A DNA stretch of 64,000 nucleotides from the human T2T-CHM13v2.0 reference genome, Homo sapiens: assembly GCF_009914755.1 (NCBI RefSeq), contig NC_060931.1, one strand, 5' to 3'. Shown one piece after another: positions 37,092-52,263 of this stretch. Made by a program: the position numbers and the translations under genes. Position 1 is the first letter of the stretch; the number at the start of each line of letters is the position of its first letter. Below the pieces are notes generated by a model, which searched no databases, was not told where the DNA came from, and saw only the letters and a program-made list of their open reading frames with translations.

Positions 37092-38342
37092 TAGATTTGT
37101 ATAGGACTTTACCATTGACCAAGCACTTCCACACACAGTAACCTGTCTGATCCCAACAGATAAGCCTATCAGGTTCCTGGCAGGGTCCCCATTATAAAGA
37201 TAATGAAAATGAGGCTCTAAGAAGTTGTGTGACTTGCCAAAATTCACTGTGCTATCACAGGGTGGGGCTAGGATTGCAAATCAGGTTTCCTGTCCTCAAG
37301 GTCCCTGGGTTTTCTCCTTTACCCCAAGCTGCCTCCCCAGTGTCCCCGTGCTAAAGCTTGCCTGCTGGGGGTAGTGACAGACTAACCAACACACGCACCC
37401 CACCTTCCCCAAACACCTGCCTTTTAAAGAAGGAAATCAAGATCCCTGGAAGCCTGCAGAGCTAAGCTGAATTACCCTTAATTATCGTTTTAAACACACC
37501 CCTCAAAATCTCAAGCTGATTGTTCGAAACATTGGGAATACAAATTCTAGAAAATGTGCTACTACCAAGGTGTCTGAAATAAATTTCAAATTTGAGAAGG
37601 TTCCCTTTGTTACTGTGGAAATATTACTTTTTAGCCAAAAACAAGAAAAAAAAATGAATGCTAGTTAAACTTGGAACAAGCCCCTTGCTCCTCTGGCTTC
37701 TGTGGTCCTCACAACCAAGTGTAACTCCTGTGCGACGTACACACCTGAATCCCATGGTGACACGCCACCCCGCCCCCTACCTGGACCTCAGTCGGCTATC
37801 CTTTGGGAACATGTCGTTACCCCGACATAGCCAAGCGGTGCCCTCGGACAGCCCCCTACCACCTCACCTTGCCTTCCTGGTGCCACTTGGTGCTAGGTTT
37901 GGAGAACTTGGAGGATCCAACTGGCCCTTAAGAGGGGTAGGAGAAGCGATGAGAACAGCAACAGGCTCTGTCTAGGCTGAGTGGACCACCAATTTCTTGG
38001 AGAACCAGGCAAACGTAAGTGGGATTGAGAAAGAGATGGGGCTTGTGAGGCTTGTTCATGACCAAGGACTTCACAGTAAGCTCAGCATCTTGCCGTCCCC
38101 ACACAGCACACTAGTAACTCAGCAGACTTTACTCTGGGGCTCAAATGGCTACAGTGGCACCAAGAAGCCTCATGAAGACTCACCAAGGGGTGGGCGGTGG
38201 GGAGGCGGCAGATGTTGGGGCGCGCTCTCGGCAAATCCTTGTAACTAAGGCTGGCTGTGCTCTCTACCCCTGCCTGAACCCACTGCCCTGGGCAGGGTCT
38301 CTGCAGTCCACGGTGTGATGGCTCCTAGCCTGGATTCTAGAA

Positions 38343-38534
38343 CAGGGTTTCTCCAGTTGGCACTGCTGACATCTCAGGCTGGACGATTCTTTACTGTGGG
38401 AGCTGCCTTGCACACTGTATGATGTCAGGAGCATCCTTGGCCTCTATCCTCTACCCAGTGTGGCAAACAAAGTATCTCTAGACATTGACCCTTGTCCCTG
38501 GAGGGTGAAATTGCCCCAGGGTTGAGAACCACAG
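38343..38534. mobile_element. MER20 (hAT-Charlie), followed by a MIR to about 38750
   Basis: CAGGGTTTCTC...GGCACTGCTGACAT...CTAGACATTG...GGTTGAGAACCAC termini. Confidence 0.8.
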
Positions 38535-39240
38535 CCCTTGAGTCAATTGGTTCTGGGTTCAAACCCCACCCAGCCACTGAGTGACCATAACCCTGATCAT
38601 GTTACCTGACCTGTCTGAGCCTCAATTTCCCCATCTGCAAAACTGGGGGTCCCTCACGTGATGCATGGGTGGATGTGAAGATTAAAATGTGGTTGAGCAT
38701 GTGCAGAATTCAGCACAGTGCCTGGCACAGGGTCAACACTTAACGAGCAGCAGCTGTTAACATCAGCTTCCCAGTGGTCCTGCCTGCCTGTCTCACAGCC
38801 TGGATTCCCTGTGGCCTTGGCTGCTGCTCATCTGCCTTATCTCCCGGACTTGGATGATCCTGCTGCCAAACAACCCCCAGCTAGGGTGGGGCGCAGTGGA
38901 ACCAGGGAGCTCTCAGAGCCCTTCAGCGGCAGGCTCATCACAAATGGCATGACGGGTACAAGCGAGGGCCGAGCTGCTGCTCTTAGAAGCCAGCCAGGTG
39001 ATCATTCACAGTGGCTAATTACGGTGGCTCTGGGAGCCCTGCGGGAAGTGTGGGGTCTACTCAAGCCACTGGACGCTTCCTTGGGCAGAGAGCAGCCACA
39101 AGTGTTGTTAGCATGCAGGGGTCATGCTGTGGGAAGCCTGTGGCCCCGCAACTGAGCTGTGGGGGCTGCAGCTTGGGCTGCAGGACAGGAGGGAGACATT
39201 CAGAAGCCACCACATGTAGCACATCCACTGCACTTCAACC

Positions 39241-39528
39241 TTTTTTTTTTTTTGAGACAGGGTTTTGCTCTGTCGTCTAGACTGTAGTGCAGTGGTGTGA
39301 TCACAGCTCACTGGACCTCCTGGGCTCAAGCTATCTTCCCACCTCACCCTCCTGAGTAGCTGGGACTACAGGCACATGCCACCATGCCCGGCCAATTTTT
39401 AAATTTTTTTGTAGAGACAAGGTCTTGCTACATTGCTCAGGCTGATCACCAACTCCTGGGCTCAAGGAATCCTCTCACCTTGGCCACTCAGAGTGCTGGG
39501 ATTACAGGCGTGAGCCACCATGCCCAGC
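39241..39528 (-). mobile_element. Antisense AluJ
   Basis: Diverged reverse-complement Alu dimer. Confidence 0.88.
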
Positions 39529-41167
39529 TTTGGGACTTAAATTTAAAAAGACTTTGTAAGGCCAGTTATTGGCCTAGAAAAGCTGAGGTTTGGGAACTGC
39601 TGGTAACGGCATCCAAAGAAAAGTAGGGCCTCCTCCCACCCCATGTGCTCCTCTGCCTTCTGTCCTCTACACGTTTAGTGAGCACCTCTTTTGGGGCAGC
39701 TCCTGGGAAGTACTGCCCATTTACACCCATGACATGGCCTTTGCCCTTGAGACCTGGTGGTCATCGAGAAAGACAAGATGGATAGAGGGCTTTGTGCCAG
39801 GTGTGTCCTTAGGGCCCCGCGGGAGCAGGGAGGAGGGGCCCCTAACAGGGTGGGGCAGGGCTACCCCAACAGGTGTCTCAGAGTAGCGACACCTAAGCAA
39901 GACCCTGAGCACAGCCAGGGAAAGCCCCAACTGGGTGGGATGCCCAAGGCTGGCATGGGGTGCTGTGGGTCTCAGGGGCTGTGCCTCCTTGGGCTCCTCT
40001 GTGAACGTCAGGGGAGAGGCACCCAAGACTCATGCTTTATCTTGGCGAGAGTCATTGAATAGTGGAAAGGGCAGGACAGGTGCCCTGCAGAGCCCAGCAG
40101 GCTAAAACTAGTAACAGGGAAGCCAGCACACACAACTCTTACTGGGAGCAGCCACTGTTTGTTCTGAGCTCAATTAATGTTCACAGTCACCCTACCTTGC
40201 GAGTAAAATCCTTAACCCACCTTATAAGTGGGGAAACTGAGGCCTAAGGAAGCAAAGTGACTGGTGTAAGGTTGCAGAGCTAGTAGGGGTAGAGCTGGGA
40301 TTTTCATCCAGGTAGCCTGTGTCTAGACTAGATCCTAGCCCAGAGACTGTGGGCAGACTTGATGGGAAGAAGTGGAATGTGCCAGACACTCCTGCTAAAT
40401 GTTTTTTTTTTAATTAAAAAAATGCCAAGGGGTGTTCTGAGGGATCTAAATCAAGGCCGAAGCTGTAACCACAACTTCAAACCTGGAAGGCAGCTGGGGA
40501 GGTTGGGGAGAGAGAGGCAGGATGTCCATGTGTCCACCAAGGCCCTACCACTTTCACCAAGGGGGCCTCCTCACCAGCCTCAAAGCCCTGTCTTTGCCCT
40601 CCCCAGGTTCCACCTTGGAGAATGTCCCTCTTATCCCTCCAAACCTCAATCCTGCCCATCTACATCGCCATATCTTTCAAGCCATCCAATTCCCTCAGCC
40701 CAGCTCCAGGGTCTGGCCATTTTCCATGCTGTTCCATGGTTGTTATTATGAACATCTTCTTCTCCCTTGGCCCTCCTATTTAATCCATAGGCAAATTTTA
40801 TTGGTTTCACCATTTTCTGATCTCTCAGGCCCACTGGTCTCTGCATTTTTTTCTGTCATCACCCTGGACCAGGCCGGCACCATCTTTCTTCTGCACTGAT
40901 CGTCCCATTTCTCCATTCTGTCTCTCTCTACAGCATGGCCAGAGTGATCTTTTAAAAAATGCAATGAGGACCATAGTACATCCTTGCTTAAGATCTGACA
41001 ATGGTTTCACAGCTCTGACAGAATCCAAATTCCTTGCCAGGGCTCACAGGGGTGACTCCACCTTGTGGGTGCCTTCAGCTCCACCAGTCCCTATCTGGTC
41101 CTCAAACTCATTGGGTCCCTGCCCACCTCAGGACCTCTGCACCTGCCATTCTCTTGACCTGCAATGA

Positions 41168-41542
<375 letters not shown>

Positions 41543-42244
41543 TAATGTCAGCTCCTGCCTTGGAAAGTGCCCCAGGATGGCAGTGGCTTTTGGCACAGGG
41601 TGTGGGAAGAGGAGAGCATGATTGTAGGCCATCCCGAAGCCCAGGGTGAGTGCTGTGAAGATGGTCTCACACAAGAAGCCACCATACCAGGCCAGGTCAG
41701 CACCTGGGGTAGGAACTGTGGGAGTTCCTCTGGAGGACGGAGGCAATCACCCCCTGAAGACCTAACTCCTCAGCAGGCCACCTCCTTCTCCCTGATGCAG
41801 AGGTGAGGAGGTAAATGGTGGGATCCATGGAGTTCTGGGGAGCCCAGTGGAGCTGGGCCCAAGCCTCTGCTGGAGGCAGTGTTGGCAGCCAGCATGGGGC
41901 AGAAGCAGTGGTGGTGGCGGTGGAGGGGGAGCAGACCGTGGGGCCAGGCCCAGGACTAGCTGGGAAGCTGGCATACTAACTGCCCAGGGTAACTGCCAGA
42001 AGGGGAGGCTGGAGGCTGCCCTGTGGCTCTTCATGGAGCCAGGTGGGGAATTAGTGTTCTAGCAGCCCAGGGGCCCAAGGACTGGACAGTGGCAGGGAGT
42101 CGACCTGTCCCTCAGGGCGTTGGCTCTTCCTGTGATGGGGATAGCCCAGGGTTTTGAATGCCTGTCAGCTCCCTGAGGCTCTGACCATCTCGCTCCTCTG
42201 TTAGACACATCTCCAAATTCTGAAGGCACCTGTCAGAGTCCCCC

Positions 42245-42659
42245 TGCTATGGGTTGAACTGTGTCCCCCAAAATTCATATGTTGGAGTCCTAACCCCTAA
42301 TATATCAGAATGTGACCTTATTTGGAGAGAGGGTCCTCAAACAGGTAATCAATTTAAAATGAGGTCATTAGGGTGGGCCCTCATCCAATAGGACTGGTGT
42401 CCTTACAAGAAAGGGAAATTTGGGCACAGAGACTTGCACAGAGAGATGATGATGTAAAGAGACAGAGGGAGAGGATGCTCAACTTCTAGCCAAGGAGAGA
42501 CGCCTGAGACAGATCCCTCCCTCACAGCCTTCAGAAGGAACCAACCCCGCTGACACCTTGATTTCAGACTTCCAGCCTCCGACACTGGGACCAGGAATCT
42601 CTGTTGTTTAAGCTGCCAGGTCTGCGGTCCTTTGTTGGGGTGGCCCTAGTGACCCAACA
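42245..42659 (+). mobile_element. MaLR solo LTR (MLT1A/B/C-like)
   Basis: TG...CA ends, TGCTATGGGTTGAACTGTGTCCCCCAAAATTCATATGTTG start, CTGACACCTTGATTTCAGACTTCCAGCCTCC block, 5-bp TSD CCCCC. Confidence 0.88.
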
Positions 42660-43109
42660 CCCCCACAGCTCTGCTCTTCAGGACTCCCAGGGCGGTCATC
42701 ACGAGACCTGCCTGCTAGTCCACCTACCACCTGGGCCTCCCCTTGGAACATCCTCTGGTTTGCCCGATGAAAGCAAGGCCTCCAAGCAGGGTGCAAAGCA
42801 CAGGGCAGAACCCAGGTCAGAAGGCCTGAGTTTGAGCCTTTATTCCATCATCCATTGACAGGAGGATAAAAGTGCCAAGTCACCGTTAACCTCTCTGATC
42901 TCGGTCTCCTCATCAGTGGGTATTTATCATCTTACCTCTCTCACTGGGTTATTGTGAATAGCAAAATAGTAATGATTTGCCATATGTGAAAATTCTCTTT
43001 AAGTCACAGAGTACTGAGTAAAGTCATCATGGCCATTAATTTATCACTCTTTGGTAATCACCCGTTGCACTGTGGAGTTGAATTGACCTTATTGTCAATT
43101 TAACCTCAA

Positions 43110-43419
43110 TTTTTTCTTTTCTTTTCTTTCTTTCTTTGATACGGAGTCTCACTCTGTTGCCCAGGCTGGAGTGCAGTGGCGTGATCTCGGCTCACGGCAA
43201 TCTCCACCTCCTGGTTTCAAGCGATTCTCATGCCTCCGCCTCCTGAGTAGCTGGGATTACAGGCACGTGCCACCAGGCCCAGCTAATTTTTATATTTTTA
43301 GTAGAGACAGTGTTTCACCATGTTGGCCAGGCTGGTCTCAAATTCCTGACCTCAAATGATCCACCCACCTCAGCCTCCCAAAGTGCTGGGATTGCAGGCG
43401 TGAGCCACCGCACCCGGCC
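43110..43419 (-). mobile_element. Antisense AluS
   Basis: Reverse-complement Alu dimer. Confidence 0.9.
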
Positions 43420-43857
43420 ATTTTTTTTTTTCTACTCTACGCAAAACATGTCTCCCTATCCCCTACTTGTAAAGTTGTCTTTTTGTCTCAAGAATGGACA
43501 CAGAACATTTACTCCTGTTAATATTCATCTTCTAAGAATTAGCCCATAATTTCTAGAAGGTGAATGTTGACAGCTTTTGAATATTAATTCTGTTATCCAA
43601 AATATTCACCATCTTTTCTGGCTGTGTGTTATTTACAAATCCAGTGAGTGTGACCATCGATCTGCATCTATATCTTTGCTGAATGTATTGAGAAAGGGAC
43701 AGGAAGCAAGACAAGGCTCTCTCTCTCCAGACTAATGTACACCCTTTGGGGCTTCGTCTTTCTTCAATTCTTAGCAAATTTGCCCAATTATCGTAACATC
43801 CAGCCGGCAATGTGCTAGTGTTTCATGTCAGCGGCTTAACATCAGCCAATATGGGAG

Positions 43858-44160
43858 GTTTTTTTTGTTTGTTTGTTTTTTGAGATAGGGTCTGGCTATC
43901 GCCTAGGCTGGAGTACAGTGGCATGATCATGGCTTATTACAGCATGGACCTCCTGGGCTCAAGCCATCTTCCTGCCTCAGCCTCCTGAGTAGCTGAGACT
44001 ATAGGTGCATGCCACCATGTCTGGCTAACTGTTAAAATTTTTTGTAGAAATGGGGTGTTGCTTTGTTGCCCAGGCTGGTCTTGAACTTTTGGCGTGAAGC
44101 GAGCCTCCCGCAGTGGCCTCCCAAAGCGCTGGGATTACAGGCCCAGCCACTGCACCCAGC
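43858..44160 (-). mobile_element. Antisense AluJ, adjoining a MER63-like hAT end (about 44160-44268)
   Basis: Alu consensus; GAGCCAGTTGTTAAACATTTACCCGCACACCACTG terminus beside it. Confidence 0.8.
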
Positions 44161-44844
44161 TGGTGGTATTTATACCACAGGAATTGGCGAACGATACAAA
44201 CCGGAGTTCTGCTCCCACTCCCCGTCCTGCCAAGAGCCAGTTGTTAAACATTTACCCGCACACCACTGCATCCAGCCCACGTTTATGTATCATACCCTAA
44301 AGATATAGGGAAACACTTTGTCAAACACCTCCAAATTAACACATAGAGCTTCATGGAGCTTAGCCTACAAAACAGTTCAACATGCATTATCCAATTTGGT
44401 TCTCTCCACACTCCAGGAAACTGAAGGGATGACTATTACTATATCCATTTTAAAGACAGGAACACAAGGCGTAGAGAGTTCTTTAAAGACTGATTCAGAG
44501 CTGGAGAGCGAGTTAATGTTGAAAGTGAGGCTCAAACTCCTGTTTTCTGATCATAAGGTCCGTGTTCTTTCTGAGTCACTATCTGACTGCTCCCCCATTC
44601 GTTATCGAATGTACTGCGAAGTCCTCAGGGGTTGGTACTCCGGGTTTAAGACACAGACAAGTTGAGAGGGATTCTACAACAGCCCCTGCCCTTCCCATTA
44701 GCAGCCATCATGAGGATTTATGAGCACTGCTTCTCAAACTGGGATTCAGATCTGTTCTAGGGGGAGGGTCCTCAAGTTTTTGAAAAGACTCTGCATTTTG
44801 TTTATAATTTCATTGTTGACAAGAAGCCAACTGAAGTGACAGCA

Positions 44845-45146
<302 letters not shown>

Positions 45147-45921
45147 AAGTGACAGCAATTCTTAATGCAGTGTTTCTCAAACTGGGGGCCCTGAGTTCTC
45201 AGGGAGAAATGCTGGTTTGTTTTCTGGGCCGGGGGATAGAAGGGAGGACAGGGGACAAGTGGCAGGCAAGGAAAGCTCAAGGTGAGTGTTACGAACTGGG
45301 CAGGGCAGATAGGTTTTGCTCAGCCCTCACTGTGTCCTAAACACTTTAATTAGGCACCAACCTTAAAGACTGAGAGATTTCACATCAAAGCCAGATTTCC
45401 AGAATCTCTTAAAAAATGAGAAATTTGGCAAGACCAGACCACCAGTCCATTTAGAGACAATCGGGTGGAGCTGAGGAGGGGCTGCCCCTTTTCAGAGGGG
45501 CGAGAGCCCTCCGATTTGCCACATCTCCTCCCCATTCCCTATTTTAGGGGTTACAAACTCAAATGACCCTAGGGACACAGCAGTGAAAGTCAATGAGTGG
45601 AACAGGCTGTGTGTGAGATGATAAATGGCCTTTGACCTTGAGCCTCAGTGCTGGGGGCAAAAGAGGAGGGGCTGGGTTGAGACCCTGAATAAAGGGGTGG
45701 CTGTCTTGTCTCTGTGAGGGCCCCTGAGGTTTGGGCACAGCAAATTTCTGAGGGCTAAATATGGTGGAGAGACCCCAGTTGGGACTCTTGCCCTGACCAC
45801 TGGGAAAGTTCCTTCATGCCCTGTGCCTCAGTTTCCTTATCTGGAGAGGATGATGATTATAACAGCACTTACCTTATAGTGTTGTGGTTAGGATAAATTA
45901 AACCACACAAAATTCTCTCTC

Positions 45922-46053
45922 TTTTTTTTTTAATGTAGAGATGAGGTCTCGCTTTGTTGCCCAGGCTGGTCTTGAACTCCTGGCTTCAGGCGATCTTCCT
46001 GCCTTGGCCTCCCAAAGTGCCGAGATTACAGGCATGAACCACTGCGACTGGCC
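45922..46053 (-). mobile_element. Antisense Alu left monomer (FLAM)
   Basis: Single Alu arm with poly-T. Confidence 0.85.
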
Positions 46054-47569
46054 TAAAATTCTTGAAATAGTTCTCAAAGCCCACAATGATCCCTCAGTCT
46101 TTACTGGCTGCTATTACTCTGCCCCCAGTCACTTCACTCTTTCACTTCCTGCAGGTCACTGTGTTTGTGGCAGCTGTTCTTGAATCTGAGGTGGGGGCTG
46201 TGATGGCAGGTGGCAGGGGGAGACATCCCTGCCCACTGAATGGATCTAAAGTGTCTCAAAGACAGACTTTTCTTTTGAAGGAAGAGGCCTGGGTAAGATG
46301 CAAGTGAGGTGATGGTGAAGGGGGAGTTAGAAGGGAAACTGAGGCAGGAAAAGGCAAAAGCACAGTGCTGCTTCCTGCTGGGCAGAGTGGAGTGGGTGCT
46401 GTAGACCTGAAGCTGGAGCTCAGCTTCTCTTGCATCTACTTAGGCCCCCACAGGGGACACCTTCCGACCCACCAGCACCTCCTTCAAGCCTACACACCCT
46501 TGAGTCCCCTGCTGTGGATTCAGCTGCCGGCCCACCCTGAGCCATCTCCAGGGACCACAGGGCTCTCTCCTGCGCCCTGCTGGCTCACTTTTTCTTTTTT
46601 CCAATTAAAAACTTTATGAAAGGCAAAGAAGACAGGCCTTTCACACCTGCAGACTGCATCAGGCTGGATGGGAGCTGTGGGCTGGAAAGATGGGCTAAAG
46701 CTAAGATAGCTCCATGTTGGGGCTGACAGATATGGAACAGGAAGAATGGACTTCTGCGTGTCTGGGTGGTGGCCAGTGGCGTATGCGGGCAGCATGAATG
46801 GCAGGCTGGGACCTGCAACCAAGGGAGGCATCGGTGGCATTAGATGGTGCTCTGGGGTCCACAGATGACACCTGGAGCAGGGACAGCGCTCAGCATCCCA
46901 TGTGAACACTTGCAGTGGCGAGGGGCGCTCGGTGAACGCAGGCATTGTGCAGAAGGTCCGCCATCACCATTGCTTCTTTATAGAAGGGCATGATGTCCCA
47001 TTCTACAGATGAGACATGTCACTCAGAAAACTGAGTACCCCTTCCCCATCTGCCTGGCTGGAAAGGGAGAGCTCACCTTGTAGCACAGGCACAGGTGGCT
47101 CCAAGTGTGGAACATGGCCTTGGGGGATCTTCAGCGCTCCCCAGGGGGCACGAAGGCTGGGAATATTTGAAAGAGCCAGAGCTGGATGTTCCGAGCGGAG
47201 ACAGAGCCTGTGCGAAAGCTGCCTCCAAATGTTGAAAGGTGGTCAGATGGCTTGGAGGGAGAAAGGGGTTTCTCCCTGCAACTCCAAAAGGCAAACCCAA
47301 GGTCAGAGGGAGTGACATTCTCCCTCACCATAGGAATAACTGAAGAGGGAATGAGCATGGAGCACTCCTCCAACCACGGAGTTACAGGAGGGAGACGCGG
47401 GGCACAGGGCAGCTCAGGCGACAGCAGGACAAGGTTGGCAGGCAAGAAAGGCCCACTCTTGCATCGTGGTGGTGTAGAGAGGGTGAGGCTGACAGCACCA
47501 AGAGGGATCTGGGGCTCATTTTAGAATCAGCCGTAGGGCCACCCCCTCTCTGTCCACTGCCTCACACAT

Positions 47570-48070
47570 TTGCTCATTCATTCAAGAAATACTTCTCTGT
47601 ACTGTGTGGAACAAGACAGATGCAGCCATGCCTTTAAGGAGCCCTGCAACTCAGTATTAGCCTCTTTGGTAGGTGCTGCAAGACAGAAGAGAGTGGGTGG
47701 GCCTTCACGCCCAAGCCGGGTGGGAGAAAGCCTCCCTGGAAGAGGTGGAACTGACGTGGAGGCTTCAAGGATGAGTGCAGTTAGCCAGGTGAAGGGAGCT
47801 GGGAAGGGTGTCGGAGGTGCAGGGAACAGCATGTGTGAGGGCCCTGAGTGAGGGCACGAGAATGAAGCCACTAGGAAGTGGAAGGCGGAACAAATCAGAT
47901 TTGTGTTTAGGAAGCCCATTCTCGTTACTGTGCTGGGCTGGGGTCTGATGCAGGGACAAGGCTGAGTATGCGGCACTCAGATGGGGGCAGAAGATCACAG
48001 TGTGTGGACCAGGGCAGTGACGTGGGAAATCAGAAGCAGATGGAATTGACACTTATCTAGGAAATAAAAT
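47570..48070 (-). mobile_element. L2 3' fragment
   Basis: TCATTCATTCAAGAAATA terminus and GGGAACAGCATGTGTGAGGGCCCTGAG block. Confidence 0.7.
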
Positions 48071-48823
48071 CAAATAAAAGGATGTGGCAGTTGTTCCAAT
48101 GGAGAGGTAAGAAAGGGGGTGGACTTGGTCACTTCAGGTCTGGACCTGAGCCTCAATATCACTGTTTAGCAATGTGGCCCATCCACCCCACTGCAGAGGG
48201 GCCCTACTCCCTTGTCTTCATGTGTTCACAAGGAAACATGTACTGTATTCCCAGGAGAGGAGATACTGGAATGACCCTGGCCCTCTCCCCACCCTTCTTC
48301 CCTGTGGGAGGAGGCTTTGTCTGATGAGGTGGTGAGGGCCTGCACCAGCCGCACAATCCCTTTCCCAGGCGGGTGGGGTGAAGGTGCTGAAGGCAAGGCT
48401 GCTTACCCTGTGGCCAGCATTCCTCTTCTAGACGAGTCTGTTTTAGGACACAGATCATCTCCTTCTGTTCCCATGCCCAGGTAAGCAAACCCAGGTTAGG
48501 GAGTAGGACCTGCCTTCTACACTTGGGCCTCAGGTTCAAGCCTCTCTTCAGCTTGAATTTCCTTGCACTTAAGTTAACTGATGCCTGTGCCTGTTTTTCC
48601 ATGGGTTCAGGACCTGTGGGGAAAGACCAGGACTGGTCCCTCCTCATACCCAAACTCACCTGTGGGGCCTGTGTGCTTAAGGAGCTCTTTATTTCCTATA
48701 AGGATATTACCCCTACCTGGAGAATGTGACTCTGTACTTAATTTCCAATTTTAAATAAACCTTCCTGCTGCCTGATATTTATCAGAAACATTGTTGTAAA
48801 TATCAATATAGAGAGTATTTCCT

Positions 48824-49120
48824 GGCCAGGCTCGATGGCTCATGCCTCCCAACACTTTGGGAGGCTGAAGTGGGAGGATTGCTTGAGCCCAGGAATTTGA
48901 GACCAGCCTAGGAAATATAGTGAGACCTCATCTCTACTAAAATAAAAACAAAACAAACAAAAGCTAGGGGGCATTGTGGCTTACGCTTGTAGTCCCAGTT
49001 ACTCAGGAGGCTAAAGCAGGATCGCCTGAGCCCAGGAGTTGGAGGCTGCAGTGAGCCATGATCACACCACTGCACTCCAGCCTGAGCAACAGCGTGAGAC
49101 TCTGTCTCTTACAAAAGAGA
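48824..49120 (+). mobile_element. AluJ
   Basis: Alu dimer with TSD AGAG(A/G)GTATTTCCT. Confidence 0.9.
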
Positions 49121-52100
49121 AAGAGGGTATTTCCTGAAGGTAGCAATGCATTCCTCTAGTTGCTCCAAATTTTAAGTTTGGGTTAAGCAATATTACCAGT
49201 AGGTTTATGGCTGGGGAGTATTGTGTTGGTCCTTGCCTTAGCCCTAGGAAGCAGTTGTGACATTGTTGAGAACATTGCATAACTTTGTCACATGGTATCC
49301 CCTTCATTTCCTCATACAGGAGAGACCTCCCAGTGGCTCGGGACCAGAAATCACGTGATTTGAGCAAGTTGTTTGATTTTTATCTCATGCACAGTGTAAA
49401 TCATGTAACTGCTTGCTTCTCTGCTGGCATCGGGGTCTCTGGGCCTCGTGGTTTGCATTTGGTGCAGTAGCCACATCCTAGGCAACACCATGTTTTCTCT
49501 ACTCTATCTCTGTCTCAGTTTCCTCACTATATGTATCTTTGCAAACTACCTGAAACCCTTTTCAGGATGAGGCGGAGCATAAGAACACCTCCCTGTGTTT
49601 TCCTCTCCCTCCCTTATGGCACAGTGTCCCTCACTCTAGGGCATTTTCCCAGAACGATCTTCAGTCTGGGAAAAAGGTTCACATGGGAGATGGTCCAAGT
49701 TTGTAAGTTGCAGTAGGAGGCCTGTGTGGGGCGCACGCTCATGAGGCACGTTCTCAAATCCCTGGAAGTAAGTGTAGAGTGCCAAGAATCGGTGTCACAG
49801 CTTGGAAAGTCAAGAAACCGAACGCGCTATCCCAAAATGTGGGCCTGGCTGAAGTGATCAGCCCTCCTCTACGGTCCTTTATGAGTCACCAAGGATTCCC
49901 ACACCCCTCATTAGCAAGGAGCACAGGGGGACACAGCAATGGTCCCTACAAGATGTCCCTCAGCCAAGTACCCGTCAGAGGCAGGCGGTGGCCTCAGCTT
50001 GGCCCCTCTGGTACAGCAATTCCAGATGGTTAGGAGTCCAGCCACAGCTGAGGGAAGTCCACTCATCCCCGATGGGTGGCTCAGCCTCCTCCCAGTGACA
50101 CCTCTAGCTCATTATCTCCACCACTTAATTTTCACTAATCATGAGCACTCACTTGCAGTCACACCGCCAGTTTTGGGGTGAGGACGGACGCCTAGGCACC
50201 AGCACCAGGGCCTGTCAGCATCCAAATGCCCAAGTGCCTGCCTGGCTGCCAAGAGCCTGCAACGCACACCGCCGATTGCATGTGAATGCAACTCCAAGAT
50301 AAGATGCCAAACTTCCACCACCTTGTCACTCTTGGAGCTGGGGCTTCTGACTCATGGCCAGGGTCACTCTGGGGCCAGGTGTCACTAGGATGGACCTACT
50401 GCCCCAGGGCTCCAGCTCCAATCTTCACAGGCCTCCTCTGCCCTCCTTCCCCTGTGCCCATCCTGCAGTGACCCTTCAGGAAAGGTCTGGAACAGCCCAA
50501 GGCTCCCTCCGACTGCTGCTGGGGAGCCCCTTAGGGCCTAACGAAGGGCATGTCAAATATTAGGAGGACTCTCCACGTGGGGGACCACTTCAGGTGCACC
50601 CCTCCAGGAAGCTTAGCTGCCTCCCATCAGCCTGCCCCCCGTTCAACCTGGCCTCTAACCTCAGACACCCCAGAACTGTAGAGTGCTTGGTTTAATATAC
50701 TAGTTCTCACCTTTTCTTTATGAATTTCAGCTAAAACACCAACCACCACAAACTGAGCAACCAGTCCCCAGTTCACCTCAGGTGCTGGGGAGGTGTTGGG
50801 GATAAGGGTGGGACGTTTGCTTGGAGGCCTTGACTTTCCTGCAGGTGGACTGGGGCTTCAGGTGTGGGGCTGGGCATGCCGCCACCAGGTGTGTTTCCTT
50901 GGTGATGGGTACCAGGTGACTGGTGCCTGCTGCTGCCCTGTGTGGCTTGGATCCTCTGGGCCAGGCCAGCTTCCCCAAAAGCCGGTGCCCTGCCCCATTT
51001 TGCCCTGGGCCTGCACCTCACTGGAGGAGGAGGGGCACTGGGGCAGTTTGAAGGGGAACGGGGCTGTCCCTGGCCTTCAGAGCAGCCTGGCAGGAGGATG
51101 AGTTCCTCTGCCCACTTCTGAGGAAGGAGAAGCAGAGAAAGCACTTTCATTCTGCCCACAGCCCCAGGCCTCCCCGAGCCTCAGGCTCCTCTGGGCCATT
51201 TCCAATTGCACCTTTCCAGGACTTTCCTGATGTCTCCCTCCTCAGTGCTCTGAGGCCTGTGTGGTCTGTGGCCCTTTGTGCCCAATTGTCAAGGCTGCTC
51301 TCCAAGGCCGCAGGCCCTGAGGACAGGGACTGGGCTCCACATACCTTGAGGCCCTGCCAGTACCCACCCTGTTGCCAGGTGCCTCCCACCGGTGAGGCCA
51401 GCCAGCGTGATGATGGGTGGGGCTGGGCAGGCAGAGCTCAGACCAGACTTCAGTTCCGACCCCTTACCATGCCAGCTGGGGCTCTGGGGCAGGCGGCTTT
51501 TCTGCCCAGAGCCTCAGTGTGTCCTTCTGGACAAGTGGGGACTGATGCGGACAAATGCAGACCATCTTCCTCTCACTCCTTGAGGAGGAGGCTTAGGAAG
51601 GCCCTACAAGCAAGCAATGGCCCAGAGTGCATCAGAGCTAGAGGTCCGCCTGGGGCAGGGCAGGGTTGGCTCCCACTGCGGGCTGTGCAGTAGACGGCTG
51701 CCACCTCCCTCCTGCCACAAGCGGAACCCTGCCTGGGGCCCTGAGGGTTTTTAGAGGTTTCTGAGCACAAGTTGTGCCAAGGAATCAGCAGGTTCCTTCC
51801 AGCTCGCAGAGAGCATGTGGTGTGTGTGCATGTGAGCATGTGCACGTATGTGCACGCTTCTTCATGTACGCAGTGAGAGGAGATGGGGTGTTGTCTGGCT
51901 GTCTAGGTGGGGAGGAAGTAGAGCATGCCAGAGCCCAGACCATGCTCACATGAACCCAAAACTTGGTTTCAGGTAGCTTGTCCCTGGCTCAGAAAGGCTT
52001 TGAGAGGCAGGACCTAAGGACACCAGGAGGTGAGAGGACACGCAGGAAAGGGAGTGTGGGATGGAGGGAAGGACATTAATGACAGGTGTCAGCAGGGGTG

Positions 52101-52263
52101 GGGAGAGGGACAGAGAGGCCCTGCCATGGGCACTAAGGAGTCCAGCTGGGGGCAGAAATGCCGGGAGGGGGCCATGTGGTGGGAGCAGGAGCCGAGGGCT
52201 GGCCAACTCGCCATGGGGCCCCAGAGCTTCTGCTCCTGGGCTGGCAGGGGAGGAAGCACCTAC

